Origin: Candidatus Collierbacteria bacterium RIFOXYD2_FULL_45_13
GTDB lineage: Bacteria; Patescibacteriota; Microgenomatia; UBA1400; MFAQ01
DNA length: 64,000 bases
Direction: 5' to 3'
NCBI GenBank assembly: GCA_001774685.1
Contig: MFAS01000001.1
Coordinates: 91,489-155,488, forward strand
Positions 20,045-29,268 of the stretch are shown piece after piece. Position numbers and translations under genes: made by a program. The first letter of the stretch is position 1. Each line of letters starts with the position of its first letter. The notes under the pieces were generated by a model, which worked only from the letters and a program-made list of their open reading frames with translations, made no database searches and was not told where the DNA came from.

Positions 20045-20624
20045 TTACAAAAAAGGTCGGTGTGCCGGAAAGTTGTAGTGAGGCGGCCAAATCGGCGTCA
20101 ACTTGCACATTCTGAGCCACTTCATTAGAAGTCAATTTCTCTATAAATATATTTTCGTCCAACCCCAAACTCCTCGCATAATCCGCAAAACTATTTTCGG
20201 GTTTATTTACCACCGACCATTCCTCCTGTTTCTCATACAAAACCGCCACCATATCAAATCCCTTACCCATAATTCTTGCCGCTTCGGCCGCCTTAGCGGA
20301 AATCAAAGCATAACGATGTAATGAGGCTGGTAAAGGGAAAAGTCTTGTTACAACCTTCACCCCTGGCATATTAAACAGTTCTTTCGTTTGTATATCCGCC
20401 GCCTTACAAGAAGGACACTGCATATCCGAAAAGTTGACTACCGTTACCTTCGTTTCGCCGTTTTCTTTTACAAATCTTGCCCCATCAAGTAGTACTTTTT
20501 CATCTACCTTAAGTGAGTTTCCCGGTCCGGCCATTTTAGACAAACCCCAAATGACAATTATCAGTAGCACTGCACAGCCAAGTGTCACTTTTAGTATCAG
20601 TTTCCAGTCATTCATGGGTTTCAA
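19980..20624 (-). CDS. DsbA-family thioredoxin-fold oxidoreductase
   Basis: FSDMQCPSC, FPL, GTPTFFVNG; N-terminal TM. Confidence 0.9.
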   Translation of the reverse strand: MKPMNDWKLILKVTLGCAVLLIIVIWGLSKMAGPGNSLKVDEKVLLDGARFVKENGETKVTVVNFSDMQCPSCKAADIQTKELFNMPGVKVVTRLFPLPASLHRYALISAKAAEAARIMGKGFDMVAVLYEKQEEWSVVNKPENSFADYARSLGLDENIFIEKLTSNEVAQNVQVDADLAASLQLSGTPTFFVNGEQVGAPFVVDKVKQLLETK

Positions 20625-21015
20625 ATATCTTTAGTAATCCTCGAAAGGCGAGTGTAGCACACTTCATTCTCCCGGCATTTACTTCTCCTCCAAGCATTTC
20701 AACTATTCCGTTTTCTCCAAAATCCTCAAGTTCTTTTTTACTCATTCCTACAATTTTTTCCGACAGCATACTGGCCGCCGCTGTCGAAATGGCACACCCC
20801 ACCCCTCTCCATTTCATCTCTTTTATCACTTCATCTTCATTGCGAACGGAGCGTGGCAATCCAGGTTCCTTCCTTGTCCCAATTTTCACCTGAATTTGTA
20901 TCATATCTCCACACGACGCATTCGACTCATCCATATTAATATCCGCATCATCCAATGAACCAAAGTTCCTTGGATTTTTATAGTGATCAATAATAATATC
21001 TTTGTAATCAGACAT
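20608..21015 (-). CDS. sufU: SufU/IscU-type Fe-S scaffold or sulfur acceptor
   Basis: HYKNPRNFG, NASCGD, GCAISTAAAS, RMKCATL. Confidence 0.92.
   Translation of the reverse strand: MSDYKDIIIDHYKNPRNFGSLDDADINMDESNASCGDMIQIQVKIGTRKEPGLPRSVRNEDEVIKEMKWRGVGCAISTAAASMLSEKIVGMSKKELEDFGENGIVEMLGGEVNAGRMKCATLAFRGLLKIFETHE
20837..20862. repeat. Short palindromic element in frame within sufU
   Basis: TCATTGCGAACGGAGCGTGGCAATCC (ATTGC/GCAAT stem) encodes the extra loop GLPRSVRNE. Confidence 0.5.
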
Positions 21016-21021
21016 AGTTCT

Positions 21022-22332
21022 TTAGGCAAATACCTTTGGTATTTCTCTTATTTTACTCACTAGATAATCAATTTCCTTCTTGGTGTTGTACACATAGAAT
21101 GTCGCTCTGACCATTGCCGGTACCCCAAAGCTCATTACCAGTGGAGCCGCGCAATGCTGGCCGGATCGCACAGCAATCCCAAAACTATCGAGTACTTGTG
21201 CCGCATCATGAGGATGAACCCCAATCACATTGAAAGCCAGTGCTCCACCTCTTTCTTCAATATCTCTAGGGCCATAGAGCTTTACCAAACCCTCTTCTTC
21301 CAGCTTAGACATTCTCTCGAGTGCATATTTAATTAGTTCTTTTTCGTGTTCGCGCACATTGTCCATTCCCAGATTTTCCAGATAATCTACCGCCGCTCCC
21401 AACCCAATTATCCCGGCAATGTCCGGCGTTCCCGCCTCAAACCTGCTGGGAATATCTGCCCACGTCGCTCCGGTTATTTTTACCTCCCCTATCATGTCTC
21501 CCCCGTATAAAAAGGGTCTCATTTTTGAAAGAATTTCTTTCCTTCCCCACAATACCCCTGTCCCGGTTGGCCCCAGCATTTTATGTCCGGAAAAAGCGAT
21601 AAAATCCGCTCCCAACGTCTTCACATCTACCTTCATATGAGGCACCATCTGTGAGGCATCCACCACCACCGTTGCATTTTGGGCCTTTCTTTTTATCGCT
21701 GTCAGCATTCCGGCAAGGTCAGGGATCGTTCCCAGCACATTAGAGACTCCGGTAACGGAAAAAAGTTTCACTTTCCCATCCGCTATCAGACTCTCCAAAC
21801 TTCCCAGTCTCACTCTCAATCCATTCTCAATAAAAACCTCACTTTGAGTTTTAGAGTTTTTGATTTTTTGATTTTTGACTATCAGCTTTCCCTCTCCATC
21901 GACATCAATAATTCTCAGCTCCGCTCCCGTCTCTCGGCAAAGTTCCTGCCAAGGTACCAGGTTTGAGTGATGTTCCAGTTTACTGATAAGTACTGCATCT
22001 TCTTTTTTTATATTATCCCTGCCCCACGAATACATGATCAGATTCAAACTCTCGCTGGCATTTCTGGTAAAAATGATTTCTTCGGGTCTGGCTCCAATAA
22101 AATTTGCCACTTTCTCCCTCGCTTCGTCTACCAACCCAGTTGATTCCACCGACAGTTCGTAAACCCCTCTATGAATATTCGCATTTGTATTCCGATAAAA
22201 GTCGTCCATCGCCTTGATAACGCTCTCCGGCTTTTGGCTCGTCGCCCCGCTATCTAGAAACACCAAGTCATGTCCATGAATTTTTCTCTTTAATATCGGG
22301 AAATCATTTCTGACTTTTTCTACATCAAACAT
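21022..22332 (-). CDS. sufS: Cysteine desulfurase SufS with an internal low-complexity insertion
   Basis: LDSGATSQKP, EHHSN, FSGHKMLGPTG, RSGQHCA. Confidence 0.95.
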   Translation of the reverse strand: MFDVEKVRNDFPILKRKIHGHDLVFLDSGATSQKPESVIKAMDDFYRNTNANIHRGVYELSVESTGLVDEAREKVANFIGARPEEIIFTRNASESLNLIMYSWGRDNIKKEDAVLISKLEHHSNLVPWQELCRETGAELRIIDVDGEGKLIVKNQKIKNSKTQSEVFIENGLRVRLGSLESLIADGKVKLFSVTGVSNVLGTIPDLAGMLTAIKRKAQNATVVVDASQMVPHMKVDVKTLGADFIAFSGHKMLGPTGTGVLWGRKEILSKMRPFLYGGDMIGEVKITGATWADIPSRFEAGTPDIAGIIGLGAAVDYLENLGMDNVREHEKELIKYALERMSKLEEEGLVKLYGPRDIEERGGALAFNVIGVHPHDAAQVLDSFGIAVRSGQHCAAPLVMSFGVPAMVRATFYVYNTKKEIDYLVSKIREIPKVFA

Positions 22333-22349
22333 AGGTATATTGTAATGCG

Positions 22350-22508
22350 TTACTGTGTCACCGTGTCACTTTTGTTAATAGCATTGTCCTCCTTCACCTC
22401 TCCCTCGTGATACTGTGTCACCGTGTCACTTTTGTTAATAATGTTTTTATCTTCCATTTTCACACCATCTCCCCCGTGATACGGTGACACGGTGGCGCTT
22501 TTGTTTAC
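22350..22508. repeat. Three ~60-bp units containing GTG(T/A)CAC motifs
   Basis: TACTGTGTCACCGTGTCACTTTTGTTAATA at 22351 and 22411; degenerate third copy at ~22474-22508. Confidence 0.85.
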
Positions 22509-22970
22509 TATGTCTTTTAAGTAGTTTTCAGAATCTTGTTTTTCTTGGAATTTTGGATCGGCCACCCTCTGTCCACCATAACTTTTTGTTTTATATCCTG
22601 CAATAAATTTCGCAATCAGCCTGGATTCATAATCAGCCAAATCCTGAACTTTCTTAAAGTCTCCTTCAGATATTAATTCCTGATCGTAAGCTACGTATAG
22701 TTGGGCTCGCACCTCACCGGCCGAACCTCTGGCAATATACAAAAAATACAAGAATTCGTCTTTTGTTCCTCTTTCAAACCCCTCAGAAATATTGCTAAGC
22801 ACTGAAACCGCGGCTCTTCGTATCTGGTCTTGTAAACTTCTATCCTTCCATTCGCTAGAAACTCTATATACCTCTTTCGTTAACTCTCTTGCTTTCTGCC
22901 AGATAAACAAATCTTCGAACTTTGATATTTTTCTGTTTTCGTTTATCATTTTATTTGTTGTATTTTTCAC
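22350..22970 (-). CDS. Four-helix-bundle protein (23S rRNA IVS protein family) with a repeat-derived C-terminal tail
   Basis: FEDLFIWQKA, LQDQIRRAAVSVLSNISEGFER, FLYIARGSAGEVRAQL; tail with three K-S-x-T-V-x-x units. Confidence 0.9.
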   Translation of the reverse strand: MKNTTNKMINENRKISKFEDLFIWQKARELTKEVYRVSSEWKDRSLQDQIRRAAVSVLSNISEGFERGTKDEFLYFLYIARGSAGEVRAQLYVAYDQELISEGDFKKVQDLADYESRLIAKFIAGYKTKSYGGQRVADPKFQEKQDSENYLKDIVNKSATVSPYHGGDGVKMEDKNIINKSDTVTQYHEGEVKEDNAINKSDTVTQ

Positions 22971-22988
22971 TCACGCACATTCATCCCC

Positions 22989-23052
22989 ATGTCACGGTGT
23001 CACTGTGTCACTGTGTCACTGTGTCACTGTGTCACTGTGTCACTGTGTCACT
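22989..23052. repeat. 8-bp tandem repeat (GTGTCACT) x7 plus one degenerate unit
   Basis: Perfect units from 22997 to 23052; overlaps the SGNH gene stop. Confidence 0.95.
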
Positions 23053-23757
23053 TAAAAAATATTTTCTCAAACCTGCAAGCTTCATTGTTCCAAATTCACC
23101 ATAGTCTAAAAGGTCAACTCCAAACACCTCCATGGCCAACTTCTCCGCGATTATCTGATTCCCAATCAAATTACAGTGCAAGAAATCAATGTCCCCAGGC
23201 TTCATTGTCCATTCTTTATTTTCCCAAAGATGTTTATAATCAAAAATCTTGCTTAGATCATATTTTTCATATTCCTCAAAAACATCCACGAATTTAACCT
23301 CCAACTCATCTGCAACTTTCTTGTAGATATCTCTTATTTGTTCTAACTTTGGGTTCAGGTCATTTTTTATCGTTTTGTACGTCGACCACAAAACCACGTT
23401 TGACCCAATAGACTTTATTTTCAAAACTAACTCCCTAAGCATTCCTTCCACATCCCCCACCAGCTCAAGATGATTAAAACCCAAAGAAATAACGACAGTA
23501 TCTGGGTTAAATCTTCCTACAAGAAACTCAAAATTTTCCATAAAAAAGGGAATTGTTCCTCCATCCATACCTGAGTTGATCATTTTTGTTTTCCAGCCGT
23601 TTTCTGTCGTTTGCCTCAAACTAAAGTCCAACCAATCAAACCAGTTTGGGTGACACCATTCTTGGCTTGTTGTGCTATCACCCACACAAACAATTGTTTT
23701 GAAGCCTGTGTTATTTTTTGGATTTGCTTGTAATTCCATTATCTTATTATCTTTCAT
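23032..23757 (-). CDS. SGNH/GDSL hydrolase
   Basis: VGDSTT, INSGMDGGT, LGFN, DFLHCN. Confidence 0.85.
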   Translation of the reverse strand: MKDNKIMELQANPKNNTGFKTIVCVGDSTTSQEWCHPNWFDWLDFSLRQTTENGWKTKMINSGMDGGTIPFFMENFEFLVGRFNPDTVVISLGFNHLELVGDVEGMLRELVLKIKSIGSNVVLWSTYKTIKNDLNPKLEQIRDIYKKVADELEVKFVDVFEEYEKYDLSKIFDYKHLWENKEWTMKPGDIDFLHCNLIGNQIIAEKLAMEVFGVDLLDYGEFGTMKLAGLRKYFLSDTVTQ

Positions 23758-24245
23758 TCTTGTGTCACCGTGTCACTTTTTTCTAATTCGAGTTTCCTTT
23801 TCAGTTCCTCCACATGTTCTTTACTCCAATGGTCTATGTCCTGAAGCAAAAACTTTCTGGCCGTCAAACCATATCCCTTCCATATTGGTTTATCCCACAA
23901 ATTTTCCGGCAGTGTATTGTAGATTTCCGTCAGTCTATTCCCCGCCCTCACTAATTCACCATATACTTCCTCCCAGGTATTATTTTTTCTTGCCTCTATC
24001 CCTTTTCTGTTAAACTCCTCCGTACTGGGTTCCCAATAAGGTTCAACTCCCTTTTTTAATTTTTCCAAACAATCAATATCGTGGACCATCCAGTTCGACA
24101 AATGAGCTGTCACGTCTTTCAGTGACCACTTGTCGAAAATGATTTTCGTTCTGCTTTCCTCAGGAAAATCTCCAACCAACCGGGTAATTTCTTCTTTAAC
24201 TTTCTCAAATTCCCCCAATAGTTTTTTTATTTCCGGCTCTGCCAT
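23754..24245 (-). CDS. ClbS/DfsB/DinB-like helical-bundle protein
   Basis: WSLKDVTAHLSNW...HWSKEH metal-binding pattern. Confidence 0.8.
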   Translation of the reverse strand: MAEPEIKKLLGEFEKVKEEITRLVGDFPEESRTKIIFDKWSLKDVTAHLSNWMVHDIDCLEKLKKGVEPYWEPSTEEFNRKGIEARKNNTWEEVYGELVRAGNRLTEIYNTLPENLWDKPIWKGYGLTARKFLLQDIDHWSKEHVEELKRKLELEKSDTVTQE

Positions 24246-24261
24246 ATTCGTATTTTATCTT

Positions 24262-24741
24262 TTATTCTTCGGTTACCTCTTTCAGGAACCCTTCAACTAT
24301 TATTTTCTTGGCGTCCGGTTCGTCTATGCCTCGGCTTGATAGATAAAAGAGCTGATCCTCATCTATTTTACCGACAGTCGCAGCGTGGGATGCCCTCACG
24401 TCATTATTTTCTATTTCCAGTTTTGGTTCGGCCACCGCACTGCTTTGCTTATCCAACAACAACAATCTCATCTCTAAGAAGCTGTCCGTCTTTCTGGCGT
24501 CCTTTCCAATCTTCACCATCCCGTCTACGGTGACACGTGCGCCATTAGCCGCCACCCCTTTAATCACTACTCTCCCAAATGTATTTGGCACTCTATGGTC
24601 TGCCACCACTCTGACTTTATAGTCTCCCGGTTCCGTGGCAGATATAACCCCCAGAACTTCTTTTTCTTCAAACGAAGTCAAAAAGGGGACTACCAAATCA
24701 ATCTCTCCGGGTTTGTCCAATTTAAATCTCTGTGTGATCAT
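24262..24741 (-). CDS. sufD: Short SufD (C-terminal beta-helix only)
   Basis: PKLEIENNDVRASHAATVGKIDEDQLFYLSSRGI. Confidence 0.85.
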   Translation of the reverse strand: MITQRFKLDKPGEIDLVVPFLTSFEEKEVLGVISATEPGDYKVRVVADHRVPNTFGRVVIKGVAANGARVTVDGMVKIGKDARKTDSFLEMRLLLLDKQSSAVAEPKLEIENNDVRASHAATVGKIDEDQLFYLSSRGIDEPDAKKIIVEGFLKEVTEE

Positions 24742-24765
24742 ATTTTATTTATTTTTTGTTTTTGT

Positions 24766-24800
24766 CTTGAGTTCTAGAGTTCTTGATTTCTTGAGTTTTT
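24766..24800. repeat. 8-bp period repeat (AACTCAAG-like) between sufB and sufD
   Basis: Minus strand reads AACTCAAG AAATCAAG AACTCTAG AACTCAAG. Confidence 0.7.
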
Positions 24801-24803
24801 TCT

Positions 24804-26216
24804 TTACCCCACCGATCCCTCCATTTCTAGTCCTACAAGTCTATTCATCTCCACTGCATACTCCAAGGGAATTTCTTTCACCACCGGCTCCATAAATCCA
24901 TTAACGATCATTGTGCTTGCTTCTTCTGCACCGATCCCCCTACTCATTAGATATAGCAACTGTTCTTCTCCAATCCGGCTGACAGTCGCCTCGTGCTCCA
25001 ACACCACGTCATTTTCCTGAATTTTATTCACCGGATAGGTGTCGGAACGGCTTTTTTCGTCAAGTATTAGCGCGTCACAAACCACCTTAGATCGTGCTCC
25101 CCAAGCGCCAGGCACCATATGTACCATCCCTCTATACGTAGCCCGCCCGCCATTTTTGCTGATCGATTTGCTTATAATTTGCGACGTTGTCTCGGGTGCC
25201 AGATGAATCATCTTCGCACCGGTGTCCTGATGCTGTCCTTCACCGGCCCAGGCAATCGAGAGCACTTCACCATGGGCTTTTCTTCCGGCCAAGATACAAG
25301 AAGGATACTTCATGGTCAGGTGTGAACCAAGGTTCCCATCCACCCAACGCATCTCAGCATTCTCCATCACTCTCGCTCTTTTAGTCACTAGGTTATAAAC
25401 ATTCTTAAACCAGTTCTGTACTGTAGAGTACTGGACCTTCGCGTTTTTCTTCACATATATCTCAACTACTGCGGCATGAAGTGAAGCAGACGAAAATGAC
25501 GGGGCAGAACAACCTTCAATATAGTGCATCTTACTGCCTTCCTCGGCGATGATCAGAGTTCTCTCAAACTGTCCGGCTCTTTCGGTATTGATTCTGAAAT
25601 ATGCCTGCAAGGGGAGCCCTACATCTACATTTTTAGGCACATATACAAAGGATCCTCCGCTCCACACCGCCGTATTTAATGCCGCCAGTTTGTTGTCACC
25701 CATGGGAATTACTTTTCCAAAGTGTTCTTTCACAATCTCCGGATACTCCCTAAGACCTTCGTCCATCGAGAGGAAGATCACTCCTTTTTCGGACAAGGCT
25801 TTCTTGAGGGACCCATAAACGACTTCAGAATCATACTGGCTTTTCACCCCCGCCAACAGTTCCCGCTCGGCTTCCGGCACGCCAATTTTCTCAAACGTAT
25901 TCTTAATAGCCTCCGGTACGTCCGCCCAAGTCTTCGCCTCCTGATTCTTTGGTTTTATATAGTAGCGGATATCATCAAAATCAATAGGGGAGAGATCGCC
26001 ACCCCATGTCGGCATTTTCATCTCCAGATATTTCTTATACGCTTTCAGCCGGATCTCCAGCATCCATTCAGGTTCATTTTTCAAAGAGGAAATCTTCCGC
26101 ACCAGACCCTCGGTCAACCCCTTTTCCGCCGTAAATGAATACTCTACATCATCGGTATGCCCTAACGGATAAAGTTTATCCTCCGGAAGTGTCTGGTTAT
26201 CGGTCTTTTTACTCAT
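24804..26216 (-). CDS. sufB: Fe-S cluster assembly protein SufB
   Basis: [37 protein letters not shown]. Confidence 0.97.
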   Translation of the reverse strand: MSKKTDNQTLPEDKLYPLGHTDDVEYSFTAEKGLTEGLVRKISSLKNEPEWMLEIRLKAYKKYLEMKMPTWGGDLSPIDFDDIRYYIKPKNQEAKTWADVPEAIKNTFEKIGVPEAERELLAGVKSQYDSEVVYGSLKKALSEKGVIFLSMDEGLREYPEIVKEHFGKVIPMGDNKLAALNTAVWSGGSFVYVPKNVDVGLPLQAYFRINTERAGQFERTLIIAEEGSKMHYIEGCSAPSFSSASLHAAVVEIYVKKNAKVQYSTVQNWFKNVYNLVTKRARVMENAEMRWVDGNLGSHLTMKYPSCILAGRKAHGEVLSIAWAGEGQHQDTGAKMIHLAPETTSQIISKSISKNGGRATYRGMVHMVPGAWGARSKVVCDALILDEKSRSDTYPVNKIQENDVVLEHEATVSRIGEEQLLYLMSRGIGAEEASTMIVNGFMEPVVKEIPLEYAVEMNRLVGLEMEGSVG

Positions 26217-26943
26217 ATGACTTATAGCCTTGTGCTTCTAACTTATCCACAATTTCCTTTCCTCCCCTGTCCACCACCTCTCCGTTTTTCATTACCACCA
26301 CTCTATCCGGTACTAAATATTTAAGCAGTCGCTGATAATGGGTAATTACCAGAACACTCATTCCGGCTTTCACCATTTCAACCACGTTTTTGGCGATGAG
26401 TGCCAGGGCGTCGATATCCAGACCTGAGTCCACTTCATCCAAGATCAAGAGTTTCGGTTTCAATATTCTCATCTGCAGTATTTCCAACTTCTTTTTTTCT
26501 CCACCACTAAAGCCTTCATTAATACTTCTGGTCAGCAAATGCTCATCTATATGTAGTCTCTCCCCTTCTTCCGCAATTTGTTTTTTTAGATCGAGCGCAC
26601 TCACGGTCAGCCCCCTGCCTCGGAGTGAAGCCCAGAGCATCTCTCTTACGGTTACGCCGGAAATCGCCACCGGGTACTGGAACGACATCATTATCCCTAG
26701 CCTTGCCCGAGCGTCAGGTTTCAGCTCAAGCAGGCATATTCCTTCAAAACTTAGTTCCTCCGCCTCAGCCTCGTATTTGGTGTTCCCAATTAAGGTATTG
26801 GCTAAGCTGGATTTCCCCGATCCGTTGGGGCCCATCAGAGCTACCACCTCACCCTTTTTAACCTCTAGGTCGACCCCTTTTAGAATCTCTTTGCCTTCTA
26901 TTTTCACCTTCAAATTCCTTATTTTAAGCATCTTGTTCGTCAA
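26209..26943 (-). CDS. sufC: Fe-S assembly ATPase SufC
   Basis: [38 protein letters not shown]. Confidence 0.97.
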   Translation of the reverse strand: MTNKMLKIRNLKVKIEGKEILKGVDLEVKKGEVVALMGPNGSGKSSLANTLIGNTKYEAEAEELSFEGICLLELKPDARARLGIMMSFQYPVAISGVTVREMLWASLRGRGLTVSALDLKKQIAEEGERLHIDEHLLTRSINEGFSGGEKKKLEILQMRILKPKLLILDEVDSGLDIDALALIAKNVVEMVKAGMSVLVITHYQRLLKYLVPDRVVVMKNGEVVDRGGKEIVDKLEAQGYKSYE

Positions 26944-26952
26944 CGTTAATTA

Positions 26953-27339
26953 TTATCTTATTAAATCCTCCAGCGTATATTCCGCCAGCATATCCTCAAT
27001 CCGGAATGTAAGCCTGTCCATAAAACTTTGCTGGCCGCAGCTTCCATCTACAGGGCAGCTCTCACAAGCTACCGGGGCCACCTCACCCTCTATAGCCTCT
27101 AGAGCTTCTTTTACCAGTATCTCTTTTGGTTCGTAATTCAGGCTAAACCCTCCCCCCCTTCCCTCTTTCGAGTTTAAGATCCCCGCTTCGACCAGGGAAA
27201 CGGCAATTTTGGCCATAAAAGCCCTAGGCAAGCCTAACTCACTCAAATATTTAAGTGAAACCCGGCCTCCCCGGCCACGCTTGGCCAGCACAGACAAGAG
27301 CGCCATTCCGTAATCAGCCTTTTTTGTGAGTGTAAACAT
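26953..27339 (-). CDS. Rrf2 family regulator (IscR/SufR-like, Cys-containing)
   Basis: TKKADYG, SKEGRGGGF, CESC...C; first gene of the suf operon. Confidence 0.9.
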   Translation of the reverse strand: MFTLTKKADYGMALLSVLAKRGRGGRVSLKYLSELGLPRAFMAKIAVSLVEAGILNSKEGRGGGFSLNYEPKEILVKEALEAIEGEVAPVACESCPVDGSCGQQSFMDRLTFRIEDMLAEYTLEDLIR

Positions 27340-27386
27340 ATACTTGGACTATTATACTCCAAGTATCTTTAACTCGTCAAGTTGTC

Positions 27387-28019
27387 TCATAACTGTATTT
27401 TCTCGACCAGCTTACACTTTCCCGGATCCAACGTCCTGCTGGAATTCAAGTAGATATCAATATCTTTTGCCTCAAATTCCCCAAATTGATAATTACGCAT
27501 ATTCCACAATGTCTCAAAGAACTTTTCTCCTGGAATCTCCTTAAACCGGATGAAGTTCAGCCAGGCTAATCGCTCGTAAATGGAGAGATATTTTGTATAG
27601 TCATCCCCTTTAATCCTCAGATCCCCCCTGATTTCGTTCCTCAATTTTCCTAAATTGAACTCCGGTTCCGCCACTATTGATACTCCCAACTCATTACATG
27701 CCAGATACCCTATCTTAAAAACAAGTCTCTTACCGGAAGCTTTGTTTTTTACCACCTCAGCTATTTCTCTTGGATCCGTTGCCTTATCTATTCTTCCTAA
27801 AATAGTCATGTGCAATCTCTCAAACGGATATACATATAAACTGTTCTCTGATTCTTCAAACTCATGTACCAGTTTTTTATACTCTCTTTTCCAATCCGGC
27901 AGATTGAGCACAATATTGATGGTGTAATTCTCATCCAAATAATCATCCAAAAGATTAATGGAATCTCGGTTCAATGCTCTGATTTGATCATCGATCTGTT
28001 CTTTTTCTTCAACCAGCAT
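27387..28019 (-). CDS. Hypothetical protein, possibly 2H-phosphoesterase fold
   Basis: One HxT motif (LHMTI); second motif not clear. Confidence 0.45.
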   Translation of the reverse strand: MLVEEKEQIDDQIRALNRDSINLLDDYLDENYTINIVLNLPDWKREYKKLVHEFEESENSLYVYPFERLHMTILGRIDKATDPREIAEVVKNKASGKRLVFKIGYLACNELGVSIVAEPEFNLGKLRNEIRGDLRIKGDDYTKYLSIYERLAWLNFIRFKEIPGEKFFETLWNMRNYQFGEFEAKDIDIYLNSSRTLDPGKCKLVEKIQL

Positions 28020-28039
28020 AGTTCAAATATATACTACCC

Positions 28040-28711
28040 CTAAAACAACCCCATCTGAGTTTCCATCGGCACCACGGCCTCGACTTCAACGGGATAAGAA
28101 AAATCTACAATTATTTCTCTTGGTTCATTCCATCGATCTTTGAACTTTAGCTTTTTATTTTTCAAACCAAAGTCATAGACACCTTTGGTCACCTCCACGT
28201 CCATCTCGCAATATTTTTTCAAATTTGCGAGGCTTTCAGGATCTCCTTTTGTCCACCACATCACCGCTTCGGCCCCTCCGGCAATTTTTCCTTGGCCAAG
28301 GGTTTCTTTTGCCACACTGTCCAGCTTTACCCTGTGTCCGAAAGATCTTCTAATTTCATCAAGCACATCGAAATGTTTCAGTTTAGTAAAATCTCCTTTT
28401 TTGTAAATCCCATTCATGGCCGGATTGTCAAACCCAAAAGAGTTGTATCCTATGATCCTGTCAGCCTCTTCAAACCAGTCCCACATCTCATCAAAAAACA
28501 AGCCACCTCCATCCAACTTAGGCGCCGCGTCAGGCGTCCAAAAACTTTTCATTTCCCCAGAAATTTCCCTTAAATTATTATCTAGTTCCCTCCTATACGC
28601 AGATACCACCGAGATCCCCAAATCTTCTGGGTTCTTCAGATCTGTGTCATTAAAGAAACTTTTCGTCTCGATATCGTAGATCACTTCCACTAGATTACCC
28701 TTTGGTTTCAT
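28040..28711 (-). CDS. RNase H-like 3'-5' exonuclease domain protein (YprB-like)
   Basis: YDIET, IIGYNSFGFD, HRVKLDSVA, KYCEMDVEVT. Confidence 0.8.
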   Translation of the reverse strand: MKPKGNLVEVIYDIETKSFFNDTDLKNPEDLGISVVSAYRRELDNNLREISGEMKSFWTPDAAPKLDGGGLFFDEMWDWFEEADRIIGYNSFGFDNPAMNGIYKKGDFTKLKHFDVLDEIRRSFGHRVKLDSVAKETLGQGKIAGGAEAVMWWTKGDPESLANLKKYCEMDVEVTKGVYDFGLKNKKLKFKDRWNEPREIIVDFSYPVEVEAVVPMETQMGLF

Positions 28712-28758
28712 AGGTAAGATATTTAACCACTAAAAACACAAATATGAAATGTAAAATA

Positions 28759-29268
28759 CTAAATCTTTTTCTTCCCCTCCCAAAATAACATTTGATTCTT
28801 TAAAAACTTACCAAAAAAGAAAATGACTAACCCTGCTCCAATTATCGGCAAGTAATACTCCCAAACTCCAGCAGCCGGCAACTCTGTAGGTGTAGAGGTC
28901 GGCGTGGCTGTCGGAGTTGCAGCCGGAGTGGCATTAAAATTCAAATTAAATGTAATCGATTGGAGACCGGAAGAAATGACAATCGTGCTGATGCCCGGGT
29001 CCAACACTCCAGGCGTGAAACTCCAGTTTCCACTTGGACTGGCTGCCAAAGTCGCGTCTGTTGAGGTCTTAATCTTTATGTTTACTATAGAGGATGGTGA
29101 GGCTGTTCCTTCCATCACCGGAATTGCTCCGGTGTAGCTGATATTGGCATAATCAACTCCGACGGTAGACAGTACCCCAACCCTCGTCAAACTCAGATCT
29201 TGAGCAAACACCACGCCAATCGAAAAAAATAATACTATTCCCCAAAAAGCATAAAGTATTTTTTTCAT
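28759..29268 (-). CDS. Secreted Ig-like protein with PT linker and LPxxG-TM C-terminus
   Basis: Signal peptide, TPTATPT linker, ELPAAG followed by TM and basic tail. Confidence 0.7.
   Translation of the reverse strand: MKKILYAFWGIVLFFSIGVVFAQDLSLTRVGVLSTVGVDYANISYTGAIPVMEGTASPSSIVNIKIKTSTDATLAASPSGNWSFTPGVLDPGISTIVISSGLQSITFNLNFNATPAATPTATPTSTPTELPAAGVWEYYLPIIGAGLVIFFFGKFLKNQMLFWEGKKKI

Noticed and set aside
22350-22970. Four-helix-bundle gene as the Avd of a diversity-generating retroelement
   Set aside because: No reverse transcriptase and no TR/VR pair differing at adenines is visible in the window.
22989-23052. GTGTCACT array as a CRISPR array
   Set aside because: Contiguous 8-bp units with no spacers, and no cas genes in the window.
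24527-24538. Single CGGTGACACG inside sufD as part of the repeat system
   Set aside because: One copy within ordinary coding sequence (RVTV); compatible with chance.
26390-27136. 248-aa + strand ORF and similar antisense ORFs (e.g. 40176-40658, 56221-56595, 36133-36597)
   Set aside because: They lie opposite well-supported genes and show no protein motifs; treated as shadow ORFs.
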